Shown: positions 19,601 through 29,009, numbered from the stretch's first letter. The stretch is DNA of 64,000 bases from an uncultured Calditrichaceae bacterium (GCA_964495805.1 CAZBWV010000051.1:8973-72972), one strand, 5' to 3'. Numbers and translations: made by a program. Notes: generated by a model not told the origin, from the sequence alone.

Positions 19601-19800
19601 CCCTTCCGCATACTCAAAGGGTGGAGGTGGTGGTTTTCGATGTAACCGGGCAGCGTGTCGCCGTACTGATGCACGGAATTCAGCAGGCTGGCAGACATAC
19701 CCTGCGCTGGCAGGCAGATAACCTCTCCGCAGGAATTTATTTCTGCCGGGTTCATAGCGAAAATAATTCGGGAACCATTAAAATGCTTTTGGTGAAGTAA
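16636..19800 (+). CDS. large T9SS-secreted multidomain protein: N-terminal catalytic-like domain, two PKD/Ig-like repeats, LamG (concanavalin-like) domain, type-A CTD
   Basis: ATG overlaps the GH130 stop in a TGATG arrangement (translational coupling). Signal peptide. Repeated DRDGDSLTFQW / DPDGDSLSYDW Ig-like modules. LamG region (YYPMNGNANDASGHGYHGVVHGA...LDEVRVYNYGLS). C-terminus NYPNPFNSVTVIQY...GIYFCRVHSENNSGTIKMLLVK. Confidence 0.7.
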   Translation: MKSLFQHKKWRLAAGRVWWQILLLVGTSAFSQQITIPRVNLMPDFPQPYHMRNWKKVALGYDSLVFNFHASGQYLPLIRWNTSPVNYPNHPSFGLHTVVGTLYPESAEAINALPAVIGAMLCGVDKRHQFGQDFVLMCEEWFNRRPAENVYLNHPYTSSGSDWWYDTMPNLFFYQLFDLASDLSIGEFALQFELVADRWLEALGAMGGSATPWNVPGMNYHGWHLSTMTPNTNGVPEPEAAGAIAWLLYMAWNKLHHLKYRTGVEWALEFLEACPSNPSYELQLPYGAYVAARMNAEVGTTYDIPRLVNWCFDVGPLRNWGAIVGTWGGYDCSGLIGEISGNDYAFFMNTVEQIGALVPLVRYDERFATAIGKWVLNATNALRLFYPNFLPDDHQDNEQWAHQYDPHSCIAYEALREEYQGYSPYATGDAMSGGWGLTNLTLYGSSHVGILGAIVDTTNIPGILKLDVLKTDYFHRPAYPTYLLYNPYSVDTLVALPLPIGNHDIYEVVSNQFVQQGVSGTALLNLPAHQAWLVVLTPAGGALAYRQEWMLVNGVVVDFRSGQPVSNYPPRIKGLAADPPTVGIADTTTLFCTAVDRDGDSLTFQWICSSGNVFGSGSQVQWVAPGVVGQGSVRVVVSDGLATDTARLEIPVTQPVNHPPVIESLTARPRKIDLGGTVRLQCTAYDPDGDSLSYDWTASAGILQDSLNTATWTAPMQPGDDTIYCRVVDSRGAEARDSIVVLVRDFSQFVPGKLIAYYPMNGNANDASGHGYHGVVHGAVLTTDRFGNPNAAYRFDGVDDYISVANHDSLNFRRAISLNFWMKIDQFSGHEAFLLSHGSWQHRWKVSLIPSRHLRWTVNTDQGIVDLDSENPLQGGIWYNVTCYYDGSGMELYLNGELDNFTSCSGLIRQTSYDLTMGQMLPGNASYNFAGVLDEVRVYNYGLSVPEITTLYQMPNGVTPPEGVPLARQFKVYPNYPNPFNSVTVIQYTLPHTQRVEVVVFDVTGQRVAVLMHGIQQAGRHTLRWQADNLSAGIYFCRVHSENNSGTIKMLLVK

Positions 19801-19802
19801 TC

Positions 19803-22244
19803 GTGAAAGAAAGTTTTCACAAAACGGAATTCCTCCGGGAAGGATGGCGGCTTGAACCGCTCACTTTACGGGATGCCCCGGCGGATTTCTCCCTCCCGGA
19901 GGAAGGATTACCCGTACAGGTACCCGGCAACGTGCACGCCGATTTACTAAACGCTGGTTTGATTCCCGACCCGTTTTACGGGGACAATGAAAAGCGCGTC
20001 CGCTGGGTTCAGCAAAGCGATTGGTGTTATCAGCGGGAAGTAAATCTGCCTCAATCGTTTGATGCGAAAAAGCCAATTTATCTGGTATTTCAGGGAGTGG
20101 ACACGGTTGCGAATATCTTCTGGAACGGGGAGGAGTTGCTGCACACGGAGAATATGTTTCGCTCCTATCGGGTGCGTTTACCACAGGTGCATTCTACGGG
20201 GAATCGCCTGCGGGTGGAGCTCTTTTCACCGGTTCGGTTTGCCCGGGAGCAGGAAAGGGTACATGGCAGATTGCCCGCTGCGGAATTTGCTGCCCGGGTT
20301 TATCTTCGTAAGGCTCAGTATTCATTTGGCTGGGATTGGGGACCATCCCTGCCCACCATGGGGTTATGGCGGCCGGTGGTTTTATGGCAGCCCGAACGTG
20401 CCTGGGTGGAAACGATACGCTTCCATACTGCCCGGCTTGAGTCGGACCGTGCACGGGTGATGGTGGAAGTGGAGGTACAGGGTGAATGGCGAGAAACGGA
20501 TTCCGTGCAGATTTCTCTGGTGGGGAACAAACAGGTGGTGGAACGCCAGGTGACGCTGAAAAAATCGGGCAATGTGCAGGTGGAAATGGATGTGCTGCAT
20601 CCCTGCCTGTGGTGGCCCAACGGAGAGGGTGAACCGTTCCTGTACTCCCTGCAGGTGCAACTGATTTCCCACAATTTAAACATTCTCGATCGCCAGACCC
20701 GACGGGTGGGCATTCGCACCATCCATCTGCAAACCCGGGAGAATGGCCAACCGGTATTCCGTCTGATGGTCAACGGACGATCCATCTTCGCCCGCGGTGC
20801 CAACTGGATTCCCGCACACTCCTTTTTAACCAGAGTCACTCCGGAAACTTACCGGGAACTGCTTTCCCGCGCCAGAGAGGCTCACATGAACCTCATCCGG
20901 GTGTGGGGCGGGGGCGTGTATGAGAGTGACCTGTTTTATCGGCTTTGTGATGAACTGGGACTGTTGGTATGGCAGGACTTGATGTTTGCCTGCGGTGTTT
21001 ATCCCACTCATCCCGAATTTCTTCAGAATGTCCGGGAAGAAGTGCGCCAGAATGTGGATCGGTTGCAGCATCACCCCTCCCTGGCACTGTGGTGCGGAAA
21101 TAACGAAAATCACTGGATATGGTATCGTGATCAGGGCAAAGCGGTAAAGGAAATGCCCGATTACATCATTTACCATCGGATTCTACCGGAAGTTTTGCGG
21201 GATAAGGACCCACTTCGTCCCTACTGGCCTTCATCTCCGTTCGGAGAGGAAGACGATCCCAATCATCCCGGTTCCGGCAATCGCCACCAGTGGGACATCT
21301 GGAGTTTTTGGCAGGATTATACCGGGGTTCAGCGGGATGAGAGTTTGTTTGTTACCGAATTCGGGTTTCAGGCGCCAGCCAATCATTCCACACTGGAACG
21401 GGTTATTCCCCCGGTACACCGTTTTCCTCAGAGCCGACTGTTTGAATGGCATAACAAACAACAATCCGGTAATGCCCGTCTGTTTCGCTTCCTGGCCGAG
21501 CATCTGCCGGTTGCCACGGAATGGGGAGCATTTATCTATCTCACCCAATTGAATCAGGCGTTTGCGCTGAAGACCTGCCTGGAGCACTGGCGATGCCGCT
21601 GGCCGGAAACTGCCGGAGCAGTGATCTGGCAGCTTAATGATTGCTGGCCGGTGAGCAGCTGGTCGCTGATTGATTCGGAATTAAAGCCAAAACTGTCTTA
21701 TTATCAGGTAAAACAGACGTTTGCTCCGTATCTTGTGGTGGCTGTGGAGGCAAATGGAGAGCGACACTGGCAGTTTCGCAATTTTGCTCGCCAGGATTTT
21801 CGAGGAAGGGTAACGTACCATCTGCTGGAGCTTTCCTCCGGTTTGCTGCTGGATGAGGTAGAAGAACCAATCCGTATTCCTGCGAACGGAAGGCTGAGCG
21901 GTCATCCGATTTCAGAAGGAGATGATCGGATTTCGGTGGTAAGTTTGTGGCGCGATGATGGGAAGTTACTCTCCCGCAACTGGTGGACCGCACTCCCCTA
22001 CAAATACCTGCGTTCTCGCGATCCGTTGTTGAATTTGATGGTGGAAAAAGATCAGCTTTACATTTCCGCTCAACGATTGGCATTATTTGTCATGCTGGAG
22101 CACCCGGCACTAACGTTTGTGGAGAACGGATTCATTCTGTTACCCGGAGAACGGCGGCGGGTGGCCAGCGTCGAGAAAAATCGGGTGATGCCGGAGTTAG
22201 AAGAAGTACGCATCTGGTGCCTGAACTATTTTTTACAGCGTTAA
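19803..22244 (+). CDS. GH2 family beta-mannosidase
   Basis: GTG start. Conserved beta-mannosidase blocks: VPGNVHADLLNAGLIPDPFYGDNE, WGGGVYESDLFYRLCDELGLLVWQDLMFACGVYP and LWCGNNENHW. Length 813 aa. Confidence 0.8.
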   Translation: MKESFHKTEFLREGWRLEPLTLRDAPADFSLPEEGLPVQVPGNVHADLLNAGLIPDPFYGDNEKRVRWVQQSDWCYQREVNLPQSFDAKKPIYLVFQGVDTVANIFWNGEELLHTENMFRSYRVRLPQVHSTGNRLRVELFSPVRFAREQERVHGRLPAAEFAARVYLRKAQYSFGWDWGPSLPTMGLWRPVVLWQPERAWVETIRFHTARLESDRARVMVEVEVQGEWRETDSVQISLVGNKQVVERQVTLKKSGNVQVEMDVLHPCLWWPNGEGEPFLYSLQVQLISHNLNILDRQTRRVGIRTIHLQTRENGQPVFRLMVNGRSIFARGANWIPAHSFLTRVTPETYRELLSRAREAHMNLIRVWGGGVYESDLFYRLCDELGLLVWQDLMFACGVYPTHPEFLQNVREEVRQNVDRLQHHPSLALWCGNNENHWIWYRDQGKAVKEMPDYIIYHRILPEVLRDKDPLRPYWPSSPFGEEDDPNHPGSGNRHQWDIWSFWQDYTGVQRDESLFVTEFGFQAPANHSTLERVIPPVHRFPQSRLFEWHNKQQSGNARLFRFLAEHLPVATEWGAFIYLTQLNQAFALKTCLEHWRCRWPETAGAVIWQLNDCWPVSSWSLIDSELKPKLSYYQVKQTFAPYLVVAVEANGERHWQFRNFARQDFRGRVTYHLLELSSGLLLDEVEEPIRIPANGRLSGHPISEGDDRISVVSLWRDDGKLLSRNWWTALPYKYLRSRDPLLNLMVEKDQLYISAQRLALFVMLEHPALTFVENGFILLPGERRRVASVEKNRVMPELEEVRIWCLNYFLQR

Positions 22245-22263
22245 AACATGATTGAAAAAACAG

Positions 22264-22305
22264 TTGATTTACCGGGAGCGCGGTGTTAAATTTTGCGCGC
22301 AAAAT
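22264..22305 (+). promoter_or_regulatory. tRNA promoter TTGATT-17-TAAATT with a GC-rich palindromic discriminator (ATTTTGCGCGCAAAAT)
   Basis: -35 and -10 hexamers with 17-nt spacing. The 16-bp perfect palindrome with a GCGCGC core lies between the -10 and the tRNA 5' end at 22311. Confidence 0.45.
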
Positions 22306-22310
22306 ATGGC

Positions 22311-22386
<76 letters not shown>

Positions 22387-22392
22387 GCGAAC

Positions 22393-22426
22393 AAAGGGCT
22401 TGCCTGTGCAAGCCCTTTTGATTTTT
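22393..22426. terminator. rho-independent terminator, probably bidirectional, between tRNA-Phe and a convergent gene
   Basis: Perfect hairpin AAAGGGCTTGC-CTGT-GCAAGCCCTTT followed by TGATTTTT. A complementary A-tract on the other side could serve the minus-strand gene ending at 22468. Confidence 0.75.
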
Positions 22427-22467
22427 CACACCCCAATTTCCACGAAATATCCGTGCATTCCCCATTT

Positions 22468-23829
22468 TTACTTCAATAACAACACCTTGCGAACCCGATA
22501 GTGATTCCGCCAGCGCGCCCGGATAAAATAGATGCCACCGGGAAGGTGCTCCATCTCTATGGGAATGGTGTGAACTCCTGTGAGAAAGAAACGGTGCAGA
22601 GCGGGACGAACCACCTTCCCCTGCACGTCAATTATTTCGATGGTTACACTCCCGGGGCGGGGAAGGGAGATGGGCAAAATGGTGCGAGAGTTAAAAGGAT
22701 TGGGATAATTGATACCCAGCCTGAACCTCCCTGGTAATTGCTGATCCGATTCCCCCCGGGAAACCGAAACGGTGGGACAACTGCCATAGTCGAACAGGTA
22801 ATACAGACCGCAATCCGATAAGTAAATACCGGAATGGGAATGTCCCACACCCGGAATGATGGCCAGTTCCTGAGTGGCGAAAATGGTGTTTCCAAAATAG
22901 TATTTGAGAAAGTTGAAATAGATGATTCCCCGCTCCAGGCGCTGGGAGCCCTGCAACATTGCTGCGCAGCTCACGTCCAGCCAGGGATCGTTGGGATTGG
23001 TGTCCTCCTCACCCAGCAAATAAATCACATTGCGGCCGGGATACTGTGCACGAATCTGAGTAGCCCCCACACTGCTCATGTAGCTGTTCAACCCCTCCAG
23101 CCCGTAGCGGTACTGGTTGTAAGTGGGGCAGGCCTGAATGACGTTGTAAGGAGGTACAGCAAACTGGGTGTAGGAGCCTTGCACGTGCCGTTCGCTGTTG
23201 AAATATAGGTAGGAGGAAGGATTTGCCACCACACAGCGTACGGTAATCCCGAAGTGTGTTTTCAGATAGTCAATCATGGGACTCCCCGCGGCGTAGCGGT
23301 TAACGTACTGCCCGCCTGCGGAATGTCCTGCCACCACAATGGTTTGCAGGTTGGGATTGTTACTGGCCAGTAAGTACAGCAGGGAATCCATCACCGCGAA
23401 AGAACTGATGCGAAAAGGGCGCGGATGCGAAGTGGTGCTTTTGGATTTGTGCCCGATTTTCCATCCCGAAGTACTCCAGAACAGAATATTGGAAGGCAGG
23501 TTGTGGGCGGAGATGTCCACTTCCACCAGAAATTGCGGAGCAATGAGAATGATGTTGGAAGACGGCACATACGCGTGACTGGCGGCAGTTTGCAGAGTGC
23601 TGTAATAGGTGTTGGCGTTCCGGGTGGCTCCGTGAATGAGGATTACTGCCCGGGTAACTGCGGTGTATTGATAATACAATGGCTTGCTGCGGTAAAAGGG
23701 AATGTACAGCGTGTCGTTCTGAACCTCCACACCAAACCGGTAGGGCGCCACCACCGACACCGGATCGGTGGCGAAAACGGTTCCCCACAGAAGGAAAAAA
23801 ATTGTGCTAATAAAAATGAACAGTTTCAT
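22468..23829 (-). CDS. T9SS-secreted alpha/beta-hydrolase (esterase/lipase-like) with type-A CTD
   Basis: Signal peptide. GHSAGG nucleophile-elbow (GxSxG) motif in VVAGHSAGGQYVNRYA. C-terminus NYPNPFNSRTILPISLP...GIYFIRARWRNHYRVRKVLLLK. Confidence 0.65.
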   Translation of the reverse strand: MKLFIFISTIFFLLWGTVFATDPVSVVAPYRFGVEVQNDTLYIPFYRSKPLYYQYTAVTRAVILIHGATRNANTYYSTLQTAASHAYVPSSNIILIAPQFLVEVDISAHNLPSNILFWSTSGWKIGHKSKSTTSHPRPFRISSFAVMDSLLYLLASNNPNLQTIVVAGHSAGGQYVNRYAAGSPMIDYLKTHFGITVRCVVANPSSYLYFNSERHVQGSYTQFAVPPYNVIQACPTYNQYRYGLEGLNSYMSSVGATQIRAQYPGRNVIYLLGEEDTNPNDPWLDVSCAAMLQGSQRLERGIIYFNFLKYYFGNTIFATQELAIIPGVGHSHSGIYLSDCGLYYLFDYGSCPTVSVSRGESDQQLPGRFRLGINYPNPFNSRTILPISLPRPGSVTIEIIDVQGKVVRPALHRFFLTGVHTIPIEMEHLPGGIYFIRARWRNHYRVRKVLLLK

Positions 23830-23851
23830 GAAAGGCTCCTTAAACTTCTGT

Positions 23852-25003
23852 TTACACCGAACGGATCCGACGGTGAATTCTCTGGAGTTCGGGTACTGCT
23901 TTCAGTGCACTGCCGGTAAAAATAGCCACCACATTCTCTTCCGTTTCGATCAGGCCATCGGCTTGCAAATGCCGCAGTCCCGGGAGGACCACCGCAGAGG
24001 TGGGTTCCACCAAAATGCCTTTGCGATGAAGTTCCTGCGTTCCCCGAACGATTTCCTCTTCGCTCACGGCTGTAATAGCGCCTCCGGTTTCCCGGACAAT
24101 AGTTAAAACCATTTCCCCGCGAATGGGTGTTTCTGCCGCGATGCCTTCGGCCAGAGTGGGTGCGATTTGGGCGGATTTTTCCGGTTGAAGAAGCCCCTTA
24201 CGGAAGGCCTGGTACAGGGGAGCGCAATGGAGTGCCTGCACCCCCATCATTCGCGGAAGGCGGGAAATAACCCCGGCCTGCTGAAGTTCTCGAAAACCGT
24301 GGTACACCCCGATGAACAATCCGCCAAATCCCAGCGGCAGAATTACCACTTCCGGTGCCTGCCAGCGGAGTTGTTCGGCAATTTCGAAAGCAATGGTTTT
24401 CAGTCCTTCCAGAAAGAAAGGGTTCCAGTTGTGAGAAGCGTAGAATGTATGCCGAACAGCTTTTAGAATAGCCTGGGCGGTTTCTGCCCGACTACCCGGG
24501 ATGCGATGAACCTGTGCACCGGTAAATTCCATCTGAGCAATCTTGCCGGAGGAAGCATGTGCGGGGGTGTAAATTTCGCAACGGATACCAGCATGTGCCG
24601 CGTAGGCAGAAAGCGCCGAACCGGCATTCCCGGAAGAATCCTCCACACAGCGGGAAATGCCGATTTCCTTTAAAAAGCTAACCAGCACACTGGCTCCGCG
24701 ATCTTTAAAGGAACCGGTGGGAGAAACATATTCCAGCTTACCCAGGAGGTTCCCCCGGAGCCGGGGAATGGGGATGAGCGGTGTCATCCCCTCTCCCAGC
24801 GACACCACTGCTGCGGAATCCTCAATGGGAAGGGCGGTGCGATACCGCCACATGGAGTACTGTCCGGACTGAATCTGATCCGGTCGGAATCGTGCCTGGC
24901 TCTCCAGCGTTAGATAGCTGCCACAATCGCAGCGAAATCGCTGCTCGGTAATGGAATAGGTTTGCCCGCATCGGGGGCAGCGGTATCTCCGTTTCATGAG
25001 CAT
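23852..25003 (-). CDS. thrC: threonine synthase (PLP-dependent, fold type II) with N-terminal Cys4 zinc-ribbon
   Basis: YVSPTGSFKDRGASV (PLP-lysine motif) and SSGNAGSALSAYAAHAGI. N-terminal YRCPRCGQ...FRCDCGS zinc ribbon. Length 383 aa. Confidence 0.65.
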   Translation of the reverse strand: MLMKRRYRCPRCGQTYSITEQRFRCDCGSYLTLESQARFRPDQIQSGQYSMWRYRTALPIEDSAAVVSLGEGMTPLIPIPRLRGNLLGKLEYVSPTGSFKDRGASVLVSFLKEIGISRCVEDSSGNAGSALSAYAAHAGIRCEIYTPAHASSGKIAQMEFTGAQVHRIPGSRAETAQAILKAVRHTFYASHNWNPFFLEGLKTIAFEIAEQLRWQAPEVVILPLGFGGLFIGVYHGFRELQQAGVISRLPRMMGVQALHCAPLYQAFRKGLLQPEKSAQIAPTLAEGIAAETPIRGEMVLTIVRETGGAITAVSEEEIVRGTQELHRKGILVEPTSAVVLPGLRHLQADGLIETEENVVAIFTGSALKAVPELQRIHRRIRSV

Positions 25004-25026
25004 GTTCGCGAAATATTTTTCCCTGA

Positions 25027-27618
25027 TTAGTGATTCAAAAAAAGCACGCTTCGTTGAATACTGTTAAACAGCAACCGGTAGGTTCCGTGGGTCTGGGCGC
25101 GGTGTTGAATCCGGATGCCGAACAGAATGATGAAACCTTTGCCGTAGCGAATTTCCACAATGGCCGGTTGACCGGCGATGTGTTCTTCGCCCATCAGCCA
25201 GCCGCTTTCCAGTACGGGGGAATCCGCATAGCGGGAAACGACAGTGGCTTGCACCGGTACCAATTCTTTCCCATCCGGTTGCTCCACGGTGAACACCTGC
25301 GAGCGGTTGAAATACCCGGAAAACCATTCCGGCATGCCGTACCCAACCGGATGCGATGGGTTCAGGTGCAGGCGCAGAATGGAACCACTGCAAAAAAATT
25401 GCTCGCGCCCCAGTCCCTTCAGGGCATCCCGTACCGGCACCTGAAAATAGGTAAGGACGAACCGGCTGGAACGATCGTTACAGATTAACGTGCCACCTGC
25501 TTCCACAAATTCTTTAAGATGCTGAATGCCCGTCTCCCCGATGCCTCCGGTGTACCGGGGGAAGGTGGTTCCTGGTTTCCGGCCCTGTACAATAGTGCTC
25601 GGCCGGAGGGAAGGTAAAATCAGGCAATCGAACTGCTCATGAAGCCGACCGGCGCGGATGTCCTGATTGTGCACCACCTGATAGCGGTACTCGAAATCGT
25701 CCAGTACATACCGCATCCACCCCTCGTCGATGCTGGCAGTCCAGGGCTGGAAAATGGCAATGCGTGGTTCCCGCAGGAGATGCAGTGCCTGCTGCAACCG
25801 CTGGTCGGGTTCGGGAATGGCGATGGGGGAGACGGACAGGCTGTCTAACAAAGGTTTAAGCCGGGAAGCGGAGGCACGGATGATCAGTGAACCTTCCGGG
25901 ATGCGTTGATCCTGAAGCGTCCAGGGGACTGCTCCGGTGTAGATTTGCATCGGAATGCCAGCGCGAAACAACCGGTTTTCCAGCCGAAACTGGTCGTTCT
26001 GTCCGGCCGGTAGCAAATAGGTGTTTCCTTTTCCCCGAAGCTTTCCCTGCGGAAAAGGGATTTCCGATAGCAATCTGGTCTTGCACTGAAACGGATGCTG
26101 AACCGCAGTGTAATTGACACCCATGAGCAGAGGAAACGTCCAGCCGGCGACGTCGTACGGGGATTCGATGGGGCATCCTCTGGGGGTGGGCGGAACAGGA
26201 TAGTGCTGAATCTCCATCATATCCATGAGATGGGGACGATAAGGTTGTGCGCAGTACATGATGTAAGTACCCGCCGGGTAGCGAATGCCATCTGCCCGGA
26301 AAGGCTGGCTTGCCTGATGCACTTCAATGCCGGTGGCATGCAGCCGTTCCAGCATCTGGTAAGCGGATTCCGGATCGCGCTGGTCAGCCGGGATGATCCA
26401 GGCAAAGGGTGGTTCGCTGCGCCCTTTTGCCAGGGCATCCCGCCCCATTTGCAGGTAATTCCGTTGCAGCAGATCATGAAAACGGGCGACGTAAGTAAGC
26501 AATGCCATGGCCGAAGTTTTTTCGTAGTCCACAATGTCGCGCAGATGCCACCATCCTCCCGGCCAGGGATCGGGGAAATTCACCGTCATAGTATAAGCGG
26601 GCATTCCGCGGCCGCCGCCCACTAACTGTTCCGGTTTCCAGAAGATGGGCGAGGCCATGTTTGCGCTGGCTGCTTCGGACAAAAGTCCCAGAATGTTGTG
26701 CCGCTGGGGAGTGGTGCGAAAACCACCCGCCCAGTAGTTATCGAAACTCACCTCCTGTACCACACCGGTCATGCCCCGGGCGGTCAGTGCCTGTGCCATC
26801 TGACCTCCCACCACGTGGAGCATCCGTTCAATGAGCGGATGCGTATTGGGATTTTTGGGGTCATGAAAGGGTGGAAGAAATAGTCGGTAGCTGTTTTTGC
26901 GCGTCTGATGGATGTCCCACACCACGGTGGGAAACCATTCCCGATACAGCATTCGGGTAACCAGGCGAGTTTCCTTCAGGTTCAGCATAAACCAGTCCCG
27001 GTTGTTGTCGTGTCCGGCATATTTGTGGTACAACCAGGGCGGGAACGAACCTTCCCAGGGAGTATGAAGCGTCTGTTTGTAGTATTCCGCTACCATCTGC
27101 TGGCCGTCGGGATTGGCACAGGGAATCAGCAACACGATGGTTTTGTCCAGAATTTCGCGAATTTCCGGTGAATCACCGCTGGCCAGGTCGTAAGCCAGTT
27201 CCATAGCCATCTGGCTGGCAGCCACCTCGGTGGAATGAATCTGGCAATTTAGCAACACCACCGGTTTGCTTTCCCGAATCAGGCGTTCTTCTTCCCGGGT
27301 ATTTTGAATCAAGCGCGGATCGGCTAATTTGTGCTGATTCTCCCTGTGTACTTCCAGTTGGTGCAGGGTAGCAGGATGGGCAATCTCCACCAACAGGAAC
27401 GGCTTCCCCAGGGTGGTTTTCCCCAGCTCCCGTACGCGAATCCTTTCGGAGTGTTGATCCAGTTGATAAAAATAAGTCACGATGGAATCCCAGGGAGCCA
27501 GTTTAAAGTCGCTTCCCATGCGGTACCCAAAAAATGCTTCCGGAGCGGGAATTGACTGACTCCACGTTAGGGTGTAAAGATAGAGGACGAGCCCTATCCA
27601 TTTAAACAGTTGCTTCAT
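25027..27618 (-). CDS. large secreted M14-family zinc metallopeptidase-like protein
   Basis: Signal peptide. M14 HxxE zinc-binding motif (CQIHSTEVAASQMAMEL). Length 863 aa with long C-terminal extension domains. Confidence 0.6.
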   Translation of the reverse strand: MKQLFKWIGLVLYLYTLTWSQSIPAPEAFFGYRMGSDFKLAPWDSIVTYFYQLDQHSERIRVRELGKTTLGKPFLLVEIAHPATLHQLEVHRENQHKLADPRLIQNTREEERLIRESKPVVLLNCQIHSTEVAASQMAMELAYDLASGDSPEIREILDKTIVLLIPCANPDGQQMVAEYYKQTLHTPWEGSFPPWLYHKYAGHDNNRDWFMLNLKETRLVTRMLYREWFPTVVWDIHQTRKNSYRLFLPPFHDPKNPNTHPLIERMLHVVGGQMAQALTARGMTGVVQEVSFDNYWAGGFRTTPQRHNILGLLSEAASANMASPIFWKPEQLVGGGRGMPAYTMTVNFPDPWPGGWWHLRDIVDYEKTSAMALLTYVARFHDLLQRNYLQMGRDALAKGRSEPPFAWIIPADQRDPESAYQMLERLHATGIEVHQASQPFRADGIRYPAGTYIMYCAQPYRPHLMDMMEIQHYPVPPTPRGCPIESPYDVAGWTFPLLMGVNYTAVQHPFQCKTRLLSEIPFPQGKLRGKGNTYLLPAGQNDQFRLENRLFRAGIPMQIYTGAVPWTLQDQRIPEGSLIIRASASRLKPLLDSLSVSPIAIPEPDQRLQQALHLLREPRIAIFQPWTASIDEGWMRYVLDDFEYRYQVVHNQDIRAGRLHEQFDCLILPSLRPSTIVQGRKPGTTFPRYTGGIGETGIQHLKEFVEAGGTLICNDRSSRFVLTYFQVPVRDALKGLGREQFFCSGSILRLHLNPSHPVGYGMPEWFSGYFNRSQVFTVEQPDGKELVPVQATVVSRYADSPVLESGWLMGEEHIAGQPAIVEIRYGKGFIILFGIRIQHRAQTHGTYRLLFNSIQRSVLFLNH

Positions 27619-27704
27619 TCCGTACTCCTGAATCGATGCCCGTGGTTTTTTCCACGAATATACGTTCTTTTGTTTTACGGAGGGAACCTTTTTCTTGACC
27701 GGGC

Positions 27705-28892
27705 TTATTCGGTTTCGAAGGTTCCTCGAACCCGAAGTTTGCTCTGCTGCATCAAAATTCGTCCCCGGGCAAATACGGTATCTAAGGAGAAATCCTCCGC
27801 ATTAATCAGAAGCAGGTCGGCATCTTTCCCTGCTTCGAGCCGACCTTTTCGCGATAGCCGGAGCAGCGTTGCCGGATTGCTGGTTACCGGAAGCAGGGCG
27901 ATTTCCGGGGACACCTGATGGCGAGTAACCAGTTCGCGCACTGTCTCCCACAGTGTTTGAATTTTACCCACACTCAGGCCAACAAGCTGACCCTCATCAT
28001 TGAAATTGGGGATGCTGCCTTGAGCATCCGAGGAGAAGAGAATATGCGTTGCCGGAGCACCCTGTTCCAGCAAATAAAGGAACGAAGCTGCCGTGCTGCC
28101 CTGTTTTCCGTTCGGAAGCAGAGAAGGGGTACTGGTGGTCAGGTCCACAAACCCACCCGGTCGAATATATTCCAGCGCTGCTTTCAGTAACTCCGGGGTG
28201 CGATCCATGTGAGTGGGTAAAAGCTGTCGAGCGGGAATATCGGTGTTAGCCAGAATATCCTGTAGCGTGCGAATATTCCAGGAACCCTTTCCCACATGAA
28301 ACATCACCAGACCTGCTTTACCGGAGAGTAACCCGGCCACATAAGCCTCGGAGACAATTTTAAGAATATCGTTGTATGTGGGCTGAGAGGAACGATGGTC
28401 GGAGATAGCCACTTCTCCTACCCCGATGATTTTATCCACGAAAATGATATCTTTCTGGATGGAATCGGTGAGGGTAAGTACCGGTACCTGGTAGGAACCG
28501 GTGTAAATGTAGGTGGTGATGCCTTCTTCTTCTAACGCGCGGGCTTTAGCCAGCAAATCGCTCAAGTTGCGAGTGATGCCATCGGTACCCAGACAACCGA
28601 CAGCTGTGGTAACACCTGCCTGTACGATTTCCGAAAACTGAATTTCCGGAGTTCGGGTGCGGAAACCGCCTTCGCCACCTCCCCCAATCAAATGAACGTG
28701 ATTGTCAATGAATCCGGGCAAGACCAGTTTTCCGCTGGCATCAATCACCTGAACGTCGCCGGAGAGGTCGATACGATCCTCCACCGCCGCAATGGTGCCT
28801 CCGGCAATTAACACATCTTTTTTCCCCAGATATTCCGGGGCGTACACTTCTCCCTGTTGAATCAGGTATAGATATCCATTGTCCTCGTCCAT
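27705..28892 (-). CDS. iadA: isoaspartyl dipeptidase (beta-aspartyl peptidase), amidohydrolase superfamily
   Basis: Strong colinear similarity to E. coli IadA: GFIDNHVHLIGGGGEGGFRTRTPE, ISDHRSS, LPTHMDRTPELLKAALEY and GKDADLLL. Confidence 0.85.
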   Translation of the reverse strand: MDEDNGYLYLIQQGEVYAPEYLGKKDVLIAGGTIAAVEDRIDLSGDVQVIDASGKLVLPGFIDNHVHLIGGGGEGGFRTRTPEIQFSEIVQAGVTTAVGCLGTDGITRNLSDLLAKARALEEEGITTYIYTGSYQVPVLTLTDSIQKDIIFVDKIIGVGEVAISDHRSSQPTYNDILKIVSEAYVAGLLSGKAGLVMFHVGKGSWNIRTLQDILANTDIPARQLLPTHMDRTPELLKAALEYIRPGGFVDLTTSTPSLLPNGKQGSTAASFLYLLEQGAPATHILFSSDAQGSIPNFNDEGQLVGLSVGKIQTLWETVRELVTRHQVSPEIALLPVTSNPATLLRLSRKGRLEAGKDADLLLINAEDFSLDTVFARGRILMQQSKLRVRGTFETE

Positions 28893-29009
28893 GCTTCCTC
28901 CTTGTTACCAATTCATGGTTGGTTCAAATTCATGATTTGCTGTGCCTCAAACAATTTCTGTGCTGAGAACTTTTGTGCGAGTATATTTCTCTCAATTGAG
29001 AATTCAAGG

